This document shows positions 1 to 10,800 of a DNA stretch of 43,126 nucleotides, in pieces. Origin of the DNA: Ministeria vibrans ATCC 50519 (lineage: Eukaryota > Protista > Filasterea); assembly GCA_943704425.1 (NCBI GenBank), contig CALSCP010002371.1, positions 37,933-81,058 on the forward strand, given 5' to 3'. The notes beneath the pieces were generated by a model. That model did not search any database. It saw only the letters and a list, made by a program, of their open reading frames with translations, and was not told the DNA's origin. Position 1 is the stretch's first letter, and each line of letters opens with the position of its first letter. A program made the translations under genes and the position numbers.

Positions 1-730
1 CTATTGGGTGTGGGTGAGTGTTGTTGGTCTCTGTGCCACTCGTGTGGAGCACACTCGCTGCTTCTATTGGGTGTGGGTGTGTGTTGTTGGTCTCTGTGCC
101 ACTCGTGTGGAGCACGCTAGCTGCTTTTATTGGGTGTGGGTGAGTGTTGTTGGTCTCTGTGCCACTCGTGTGGAGCACACTCGCTGCTTCTATTGGGTGT
201 GGGTGAGTGTTGTTGGTCTCTGTGCCACTCGTGTGGAGCACACTCGCTGCTTCTATTGGGTGTGGGTGTGTGTTGTTGGTCTCTGTGCCACTCGTGTGGA
301 GCACACTCGCTGCTTTTATTGGGTGTGGGTGAGTGTTGTTGGTCTCTGTGCCACTCGTGTGGAGCACACTCGCTGCTTTTATTGGGTGTGGGTGAGTGTT
401 GTTGGTCTCTGTGCCACTCGTGTGGAGCACACTCGCTGCTTTTATTGGGTGTGGGTGAGTGTTGTTGGTCTCTGTGCCACTCGTGTGGAGCACACTCGCT
501 GCTTCTATTGGGTGTGGGTGAGTGTTGTTGGTCTCTGTGCCACTCGTGTGGAGCACGCTAGCTGCTTTTATTGGGTGTGGGTGTGTGTTGTTGGTCTCTG
601 TGCCACTCGTGTGGAGCACACTCGCTGCTTCTATTGGGTGTGGGTGAGTGTTGTTGGTCTCTGTGCCACTCGTGTGGAGCACGCTAGCTGCTTTTATTGG
701 GTGTGGGTGTGTGTTGTTGGTCTCTGTGCC
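1..730. repeat. 63-bp tandem repeat array (about 11.5 copies visible, runs off the window start), probably intronic in the DNAJC5-like gene
   Basis: The unit ctattgggtgtgggtgagtgttgttggtctctgtgccactcgtgtggagcacactcgctgctt recurs every 63 nt. Only a few sites vary (gagt/gtgt, cactcg/cgctag, ctat/ttat). There are no unique spacers. Confidence 0.97.
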
Positions 731-812
731 GATGTGTCGTCGCTCGCTGTGTCACTCGTGTAGACCACACCGACTATATAATTTATAATTATATTAAACC
801 ATTATATTGTAG

Positions 813-1680
813 GACATTGCAACGGCGCACAGTATTCTGATGGACGAAAAGAAGAGAAAAATCTATGACAAGTATGGCATGAGTGGACTGAAGATGTACG
901 AGCAGATGGGCGAGCAGGGCTTTAGCCTGTTCATGAAGGTACCAAGAAGGAGAAAAGAGGAGAAGAAAAATGATAATAATAATAATAATTATTATTGTCA
1001 TTAATTTTTTCTTCTGTGCAGTTTGACAATCCCTTCTGCAAAGCGTGTTGTTGTCTGCTTGGAATTGTGACACTGGGATGGGGGCTATGCTGCTGCTGCT
1101 GTTGCTGCTGCTGTGGGGTGTGTGCGCCCAACGTGGATCCGGAAGCGGAGGCGGAGGAGGCAGCCAAGGCAGCACAGGCGGCAGAGCAGAAGGAGATGGA
1201 CCAGCAGGCGGCAGCACGTATGGCTCCGCCTCCCGAGGCTGAGATGCCCTCGTTTGCTGCTCCTACGAGTGGGAGTGGGACGGTGCAAGCAGGTGTTGTT
1301 GAGGAAGAGGAGGAGGACGAAGAAGAAGATGATGTGGTTGCTGGTACGAGATAGACAGAGGGAAAGGAGAGAGAAAGAAACAAAGTGATCGAGAGAGAAA
1401 CATAAGACACTAAATGAGATACTTTTGATTCGTTTTAGCACAACCGCAGGCACAAACGATTGCTATGGAGCCAGTGAGCTCACCCTCAGCTGCGCCTGAG
1501 CCACCCACCACTCAAGACACCGACAAAGAGGAAGATGAGCCAACGGAGGAGCCCCCGTCGTATGCAACGGCTGCGACGACCAATGACGATAAGAAGAATG
1601 ATGATGATCAAGGGGGCGATGTGCGCAACGACGATGACGGTCCTTCGGCGCCTGGTTCGCCCCTCATCACTGCGTTATGA
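813..1680 (+). CDS. DNAJC5: Cysteine-string protein (DnaJ subfamily C member 5-like), 3' exons 813-938, 1022-1343, 1439-1680; 5' part lies upstream of the window
   Basis: Exon 813-938 encodes the end of the J-domain and the CSP linker (DIATAHSILMDEKKRKIYDKYGMSGLKMYEQMGE). The next exon encodes the cysteine string (KACCCLLGIVTLGWGLCCCCCCCCCGVCAP). GT-AG junctions are phase-compatible through to TGA at 1678-1680. Confidence 0.85.
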
Positions 1681-1880
1681 ATGAAAGTTCCCATTTCGAC
1701 CTTTTGTTCATCGTCATTTGTTATTCGTCTATCAATAAGAGACTTACACAAAGAACCTAAACAGAATAAAAAGCAAAAAGCCGAAAAAGATTCAATCTAT
1801 ATTTTAGATTCACACCACAATTGAAAATTTTATTAAAACATTTGATCTCCTCTTCCCGTCCTTTTGGTTTCTTTGGTTGT

Positions 1881-4800
1881 ATGCGCCCATTGACGTGTAT
1901 CGCACTGCTGGGTGCAGTCGTGTTGATGGCCTGCGCGCCAGCTGATGCCTTTTTCTGTACCACCGCAAAACAAGCGCTTCGCGTGCCGACTGACGCTGTG
2001 TCTCTCATGAACACACACACACATAGGGGGGCGCCGTCGTCGAAGGAGACGGAATTGCGTGGCCGGCAAAGGGGGCGAATCGGTAGAGAGACAGAAGTTG
2101 CGAGATCGTTTCGTTTGACGCTCTGTTTATTCTGTCTGCTTCAGTGCACTTCTTGCCCCACTGGCACTTACAGCGACGGCGGAGAGAATGCACCTTGTCA
2201 CCAATGCGAAATAGGAGAGTACGGGCCTGCGCCAGGTACGCATTGACGAGAGAAGTGGACTTGTGGGTTTCGTCGCACTCATTCGTGTGTGTGTGTGTCT
2301 CTCTCTCTCCAACTCGTTCGCACTGCTCTTCAGAGGCCTTTGAGTGCCTCAGCTGCGAGCAAGGCCGATTTACACAGATTACGGGGCAAGGCCTCTGCTC
2401 CAACTGTCCAGCAGGAAGAACGTCGGGCGTCGGCGAGTCAGTGTGTGTCGCATGCGAGGCGGGCAAGTCGACGTCGGGCGGTGGCGAGGCAGCCTGCTCG
2501 TCGTGCGCCGCCGGTCGCTACACCCTCAACAACGTCTGTGTCAACTGTCCGTCCGGTCGAACCTCTTCCATCGGCTCGTCCACCTGCACCGATTGCACTC
2601 CGGGACGTTTCAATTCGCTGGCGGGCGCCTCCGCTTGCCCCCTCTGTCCCGTCAACACCTTCTCCTCCTCCGGCTCCAAATCCTGCTCCACATGCAGCGG
2701 CGGAAAGTACTCGCAGCCCGGCAGCAGCACCTGTGTTGAGTCGGTGTGTGGCCCAGGATCAGTACTCATTGTGGCCACGGGAGCCTGTCAAGATTGTTCA
2801 GTAGGAGAAAGAAATTTTTTTTAGGAATATAAACACGTCGTTGCTATACGTAACCCTATCCATTGATATTTCTCTGTTACAGCCGGGAACATTCTCATCG
2901 GTCTCCGTCAGCGTCTGCGTATCATGTGCAGCGGGAAGCTACGCGGCGGAGTCGGGTGCGGCCGTGTGCGACCCCTGTCCCGACGGCAAGTACAACACTC
3001 AGGCGGGACTGGCGACGTGTCTCAGCTGTCCAACGGGTCAGGCAGCCGCCTTTGGCCGCACCTCGTGCATTTCCTGTTCGGCCGGTCGCTTTAGCGATGG
3101 CACCACCGACTGTCAACCCTGTGCGTCTGGTCGCTATTCCACTGCAGTTGGTGCAACAAACTCTGCCACCTGTGTGCCCTGTGATGCAGGTAAAGAAAAA
3201 GAAAATTAATCAAGGGGGTTTTTTCAATATTGTCTTTGTTCATATGCTTGCTAATTCTCTCTCTCTTCGTCTCTTTTTGTTATTCATTCTTTTTGTTATT
3301 CATTATTAATTTTTGTTATTAATTATTCTTTTTTGTTATTCATTCTTTTTTGTTATTTATTCTTTCTTGTTATTCATTCTTATGTCATTCATTCTTTTTG
3401 TTATTCTCTCTTCTTGTTTTTCATTCTTTTTGTTATTCATTCTTTTTTGTTTTTCATTCTTTTTGTTATTCATTCTTTTTTGTTATTCATTCTTTTTGTT
3501 ATTCTTCTCTCTCACTCTCCCTTTCTCTTGATTAGGCAAATTTGCTACGTTGGATTTGGGCGCGACAAGCTGCTCGGACTGCCAGGCGGGATTCTACTCG
3601 GGAAGTGTCGGACTGACCGAGTGCACACAGTGCAGTGCGGTGACAGTGGCACCAGTAGCCGGTGCGTCTGTGTGCGCCTCATGTCCTTTGGATCAGGTGG
3701 CGGCGGGCAATCAGCGCGAGTGTGTTGACCCGTGTGCGTCGAGTCCGTGTGTGCATGGCGCCTGTTGGGCTGGAGGTGTGCCGCATCACTACGTTTGCAA
3801 CTGCACTGATGGCTACACCGACGCCTTTTGCCAGACGGACGTGGACGATTGCTTCGAGCAGCCGTGTCGCAATGGTGCGTCGTGTGTCGACCTTGTTGAC
3901 GGACTCTTCTGTCTCTGTGCCGACGGCTACGAAGGGCTCATCTGCGAGGCGAACACCGACGAGTGTCTCTCCGATCCGTGCACCAATGGTGGCTCGTGCG
4001 TCGATGCGATCAGCGGCTGGTCGTGTGTGTGTGCCGCGGGCTTTACTGGCACTGCGTGTCAGGACAACGTTGACGAGTGTCTTACGACGGTCTGTGAGAA
4101 TGCGGGCACCTGTGTGGATGGCATCAACTCCGCTGTGTGTCTCTGTTTCAGTGGCTTCACCGGTGCAACGTGTGCCCAAGACCTCAACGAGTGTCTCTCG
4201 ACTCCCTGCGCCAATGGTGGCACCTGCAACAACGTCGTCGGTGGCTTCCAGTGTGTGTGTTCATTTGGATACAACGGAGCGACGTGCACCAACGTTATTG
4301 ACGCTTGTCAGTCTGCTCCGTGCCTGCGGGGTGGCACATGTGTGCGAACGGGCGTCGGCCTCTTTGCGTGTACATGTCCCTCGGGCTACGAAGGGCTCCA
4401 ATGCGAACAGGGTACCAACGAGTGCGCCAGTTTGCCCTGTTCTAACGGCGGCACGTGTGTCGACGCCTTCGACGCGTACCACTGCGACTGTCCCTCCGAC
4501 TACAGCGGCAATCACTGCGAAAGTTTCCTCGATGCTTGTGTGAGCTCACCCTGTGTCAACGGAGCCACCTGTAATATTGTACCGCTTCTCAGCGACTTTG
4601 TCTGTGTGTGCGCCTCTGGATTCTCTGGAGTCCACTGCGAGACGGACCTGGACGAGTGCGACTCATCACCGTGCGTCAACGGTGCTACCTGTATCAACGA
4701 AGTGGGCCGTCACTCTTGCGAGTGTCCTGCGGGCCTCACGGGTCTCAAGTGTGACCGCACGCTTACCCCTTGCACCTCGATTCCCTGTCAATACGGCGGC

Positions 4801-7800
4801 AATTGCGGCAACTTGCCCTCAGGCGATTATTTTTGTATGTGCCCCCCTGGCTCGTCGGGTACCTCGTGCGAGTTTACGCTGTGCGACTCATCACCCTGTG
4901 CCAATGGTGCGCAGTGTAATTTTCTGCCGCTTGAAAACAGCTTCAATTGTACGTGTGCGCCAGGCTTCACCGGTGCTCTCTGTGAGTCTGAGGTGCTTGA
5001 ATGCGCGTCGTCGCCGTGCGAAAATGACGGCACATGCATTGAGCAACTCGACGGCTTTTCGTGCTTTTGTCCTAAAGACTTTGAAGGCGTCACCTGTGGC
5101 GACATGGTCTGTGTTGGAACTGAGATTTGTCTCAACGGAGGTACCTGTGAGGGTGTACTGGGCGCTGGCTCGCAGTGCGTGTGTGCCGCTCCCTTTGGTG
5201 GACCCACCTGTGCGGAGGATATTGCCACGTGTTTCTCACAACCCTGCACGAACGGAGCGACGTGCGTTGTGATTGACGACACCACTTTTGCGTGTACGTG
5301 TGTCTCGGGCTACACGGGCGTCGTGTGCGAGACGGAGATTGATGAGTGTAGCAGTGGGCCGTGTCTGAATGGGGCCACTTGCACCGACTCACTCGGAATG
5401 TACTCGTGCGCCTGTCCCGCCGGATTTATGGGCCTCACCTGTGCCACAGCCATTGCCGAGTGTGACTCGAGTCCTTGTGCCAACAGTGGCATCTGCTCCG
5501 AGCCCTCTCCGGGCCTTTTTGTCTGCTCCTGCACCATTGGCTGGGGCGGTGCTGATTGCAGTTTGAACGTTGATGAGGTATGTAATTATTCTATCATAAT
5601 TGTGTTTAAATTTTTGCTTTCGTTTCCCAAAGTGTTTGTCTTCTCCGTGTGGAAATGGCGCTACGTGCACGGATCTATTAGGAATGTACACGTGTGAGTG
5701 TGCAACGGGATTCCTTGGCAATGCGTGCGAGCTCAATGTCGATGAGTGCTCCAGTGGTCCCTGTTTCAATGGTGCCACTTGTCTTGACGGAGCCGGTGCC
5801 TTTGCTTGCGTGTGTGCGTCCGGGTTCCAAGGGACTCTTTGCGATGGAAACGTTGATGAAGTACGCTATTGAATACTATAATAATAATTATTATTATTAT
5901 ATTTTTTCTGGCGCTCATGTTTGTTTGTTTGTTTGTTTGTTTGTTTGTTTGTTTGTTTGTTTGTTTGTTTTTTGTATTTTTTTTTTGTAGTGCCTCTCGA
6001 TTCCTTGTGTGAATGGTGGCTCTTGTGTCGACAGAATTGATGGGTATGCGTGTACGTGTGCAAGTGGATTCACTGGAGCAGTGTGTGCCGAGGTCATTGA
6101 CGAGTGTGCGTCGTCACCGTGTGCCAATGGAGGGCTCTGTGAGGATGCACATGCAGCGTTTGCGTGTGAGTGTGCGTCTGGATTCACGGGGGACGAGTGC
6201 CAGTCGAATGTTAATGAGTGTGTGTCGAGTCCATGTGCGAATGGAGCTCTCTGTGTGGACAGTGCCAATGGCTATGTGTGCAGCTGTACCGTCGGGTTTA
6301 CTGGGGCGACGTGCGAGTCAAATGTGAACGAGTGTGTATCGAGTCCGTGTGCGAATGGAGGAACTTGTGTCGATGACAATGGACGCTTTTTGTGTGAGTG
6401 TGCGAGCGGATACACCGGTGATGTGTGTGCGTTTGATGTGGACGAATGCACGGGTAGTGGACCTAACCCTTGTCAGAATGACGGTGTGTGTGTGAACACA
6501 GAGGGGGGATTCATTTGCGTGTGCTCCGCAGGACTCACTGGTGCTCTGTGTACCGACGACATTGATGAGTGTGCGTCGTCGCCATGTGATGCACTGGGCA
6601 CGCGTCGATGTGAGAATGGTGCCGACGCGTTTGTGTGTACGTGCCTCGCGGGCTATGAAGGATCACTGTGTGCCACGGACATTGACGAGTGTGCTTCGTC
6701 GCCGTGTCAGAACGGCGGCAATTGTACGGATGCAATTGGGGGATTTTTGTGTGAGTGCGGTGCGGCATTTACTGGAGTGCGATGCGACAACGACCCCAAC
6801 GAGTGCGCCTCGTCGCCGTGTCTCAATGGTGCCCAGTGCAACGACAAACTCGGCTCGTTTCAGTGTGTGTGTGCGCCTGGCTACAGCGGCATCCTCTGTG
6901 CCGAGGACGTTGACGAGTGTGCGTCGAGTCCGTGCCTCAGTGGCGGTGTGTGCTCACAGTTGTCTGGCGTTGTTGATTTGTACGTTTGCGAATGTGCCGC
7001 TGGCTACACGGGTGCGACCTGTCAAACAGACATTGATGATTGTGTGTCACAGCCGTGTGCCAATGGTGGGACGTGCTTGGACCGTGTGAACAGTGTCCGC
7101 TGCGCATGTGCGTCTGGCTACAATGGCACGGATTGCAAAGAAGACATTGACGAGTGTTTGTCCTCATCGTCACCTTGCCTCAACGGCGCTACCTGTTTAA
7201 ATACGGTGGGTTCGTTTGCGTGTGCGTGTGCTTTGGGATTTGACGGCATTGACTGTGCGACCAACATTGACGAATGCGCCAGTTTGCCTTGTCTCAATTC
7301 GGGCGAATGTCTCGACGGCGTGAACAGCTACACATGCGCGTGTCTGCAAGGGTTCACGGGAGTTGACTGTGCCGGCGACATTGACGAGTGTGTGGCGACA
7401 CCCACATTGTGTCAAAACGGCGCAACGTGCCAGAATATTTTTGGCTGGTACGTGTGTCACTGTTCTGCTGGCTACACCGGCGATTTGTGCGAGGCGGACG
7501 TGGACGAGTGCGCATCGAGTCCGTGCCAGGCAGGCGGAGAGTGTTCGCAGCCGAGTGCAGGTGTGTATGCGTGTGCGTGTGCAAGTGGACGTACGGGCGG
7601 CCAGTGCGAGTCGGACATTCCCGAGTGTGCGTCGAGTCCGTGTGGTGTGTCAGGAAACTGTCGTTTGGAGGTGGGTGGTAGCGGGTTCCTGTGCGAGTGT
7701 CATTCGGGGTTCACTGGCACGACGTGTGAGACGGCCATTCCCGAGTGCCTTTCGAGTCCCTGTATGAACGGCGGTGATTGTGGCTCGACCCTTGACGGCG

Positions 7801-10800
7801 GTGTGTTTGTGTGTACCTGCACTGTCTCGGGCTACACGGGTGTTCGGTGCGAGGTTAACATTGACGACTGTGCCTCTGGGCCGTGTGCGAGCGGCGGCTC
7901 CTGCGCGGACGGTCTTGATTCGTACATGTGCGAGTGTCCCAGTGGACTGACGGGCGCGCACTGCGAGACGGACGTGGACGAGTGTGTCACGGGCGCATCT
8001 GTGTGTCACAATGCGGGCACCTGTTCGAATGGGCACGGGACCTTTTCGTGTGCATGCGATTCTGGATTTACCGGTGCACAATGCGAGACGGACATTGACG
8101 AGTGCAGTGAGGCGGGCCCGTCCAAGTGTAATCGAGGCACGTGTGTCAACGGCGTCGGTTCCTACACCTGCGATTGTGGCACGGGCTACACGGGCGTTGC
8201 GTGCGAGACGGATATTAACGAGTGCGCGGCGTCGCCACAATTGTGCAACACGGGCACCTGCCGCAATACACTGGGGAGCTTTACGTGCACCTGTCCCGCC
8301 GGGTACACAGGTACACACTGCGAAAGTGATCTGGATGAGTGTGCCCTGTTTGGCAACCCGTGTCTCAATGGGGGGGTGTGCAACAACACACTGGGCTCGT
8401 TTGTGTGTGAGTGTGTACCAGGTTACACTGGCGTTGTGTGTCAGTCGGATGTGAACGAGTGTGACGAAAGTGTCACGGCCTGTTTCAATGGCGGGACGTG
8501 TTCCAACAGCGTGGGGTCTTTTTCGTGTGCCTGTCCAGCAGGCGTGATGGGTGCGCAGTGTGAGACGGACATTGATGAGTGTGCAACGAATGCGTGTCAG
8601 AATGGTGCGACATGTGTGAACACAGTGGGTGCGTTTGCGTGTGCATGCGTCGAGGGCTACACGGGAGTGACGTGTGCGACGGATGTAGACGAGTGTATGA
8701 GTGGCGCAACGCTGTGTCAGCATGGAGGTTCCTGTGTGAATATGGTGGGAGCCTTTACGTGTGTATGTAGCGCGGGACTGACAGGTGAGCAGTGTGAGAC
8801 GGACATTGATGAGTGTGCGTCCAGTGTGTGTCAGAATGGGGCGACGTGTGTCAATTCGCTGGGTACTTTTACGTGTGCGTGTACCGAGGGATTTATCGGA
8901 ACGACGTGTGGCACAGGGATGACGACCGTGAGTGATGGTGGTGTAGCGACGACGTGGATTAGTGGAGGAGGGAGTGCAACGAGTGTTCCAGTTGCTCCTG
9001 CGACTACTGCCGTTGACAATGGAGTGGCTGCGACGTCTGTTGTGGGAGTGGCTGCAACGACTGCCGTTGAGAATGGAGTGGCTGCGACGACTGCTGTTGA
9101 TAATGGAGTGGCTGCGACGACTGCCGTTGAGAATGGAGTGGCTGCGACGACTGCCGTTGAGAATGGAGTGGCTGCGACGACTGCCGTTGAGAATGGAGTG
9201 GCTGCAACAACTGCTGTTGATAATGGAGTGGCTGCAACGACTGCTGTTGAGAATGGAGTGGCTGCAACGACTGCTGTTGAGAATGGAGTGGCTGCAACGA
9301 CTGCCGTTGAGAATGGAGTGGCTGCGACGACTGCCGTTGAGAATGGAGTGGCTGCGACGACAAGTAATGTCGTGACATCAGCAAATACCAATTTTGCTGC
9401 TACAACTGCTGCTGTTGGGGCAATTGCTACTTCTGAGCTAGTTGCTGTTGCAACGTTGACTGTCTCTCCAGCAGACGCAACCATCTCGACTACATCGATT
9501 GCCATTGCTGCTTCGACCATCACAGTGGCGCCGACACCTTCGCCCTTCTCCTTACTTCCCATTTGCACGGCGTCCTCGTGCAACAACGGCGGCACCTGTT
9601 CGATCATGGGCGGCAGTGTCGCGTGTGCGTGTCAGACGGGCTTTTCGGGTGCCACCTGTGCGTCGTACACTGGTCCGTGGGGTGTCGTTACTCTGGATGG
9701 CGATGTGACAGACTTCTGTGCCAGCTGTGTGGCGCGTCAGAATCTCGAGGCGGACCTTGCCAATGCGATCAATGCAGGTCTGGGGGCAAGTACGGCGGCA
9801 CTTGATGTGTCGCAGGTGGTCGTGGACTCGGTTGCTGCAGGTAGTGTGGTTGTGACGTTCCACATTGTGCCAGTCAGCAGTGGACAGAACACGTCAGAGG
9901 CGACTGCCTCACTTATTGACCAGATGTGTCCTGTCGGCTCACTCGCCCTTACCTCTGTCTTTGTGCTGAACGTGACACTGGTGGGCGGCGGCTCGGTGCC
10001 TGTGGTGGCGTCGTGTGACGATGTAGGAGGCGTTGGGTCTAATGTGGGTGGGGGTGGTGTTCCTGTGGTGGTCGTGGCTGCTGCCATTGCCGTCATTCTC
10101 TTACTTTTGCTGCTTCTTGCTCTGCTCTATGTGATACGTCGACGTCGTTTTGTGCGGGGTCACCCGCTAAAGATGTCCAAGGCGGATTCGGCGGCGAGCT
10201 CGCAGCTGGGACTTACCATGGAGAGCATGATGGCCGAGGAGGAGAGTGCAATGGAGATGAACTTTCTTGGGCCGCGCGCGTCGTCTGTTGTGTCTGGCGA
10301 GGGGCGTGGACTTGCTGGTATGGTCACACTTGACACGGCGCCACTTTCCAACGATCACTCGGCGTCTGCGGATGCCTACTACGTCGCCACCACTGATGAC
10401 AACACTCACAAGTCCAGTACTAACTCTGCAAGCTACGAGCCCTTCTCGCGTCGCTCACATCGCACACCCAAGGCGCAGTCACTCCAAGTGGACTCGGACA
10501 TCTACGAGACGGTGGTAGATCCGTTGCAGACGGTCGATGATGTTGAGCCGGAGTATGATACGCTCACGGCGCGAAAGGCAGACGACACAGATGACGAAGT
10601 ATATGACTTGTACCGCGCTCTGTCGAGTACTTATGACAACGGATCGTACCAGCCAACGCGTGACGTCGAGAATACCGTGTACTCGAGCATAACGCGCGAG
10701 GTATCGAATGAGGCGCAATATCAGTCCTTTGGCAGCATCACCAACGAGTCGGGCGCCTATCGGAGCGTTGTGGGCTCACAGGCGGACGAGTCGTCCGTCT

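Noticed and set aside
1-763. CRISPR array, or a 251-aa repeat protein from the 63-bp array
   Set aside because: The units have no unique spacers and no cas genes are nearby. The ORF is a by-product of a 63-nt stop-free unit and has no ATG start.
1957-2144. A non-canonical (GC-AG) first intron in the receptor gene
   Set aside because: Two canonical GT-AG introns around a micro-exon explain the region better.
3662-9607. Numerous alternative-frame and antisense ORFs over the EGF array and stalk
   Set aside because: They are shadows of repetitive, GC/GT-rich coding sequence and show no independent protein motifs.
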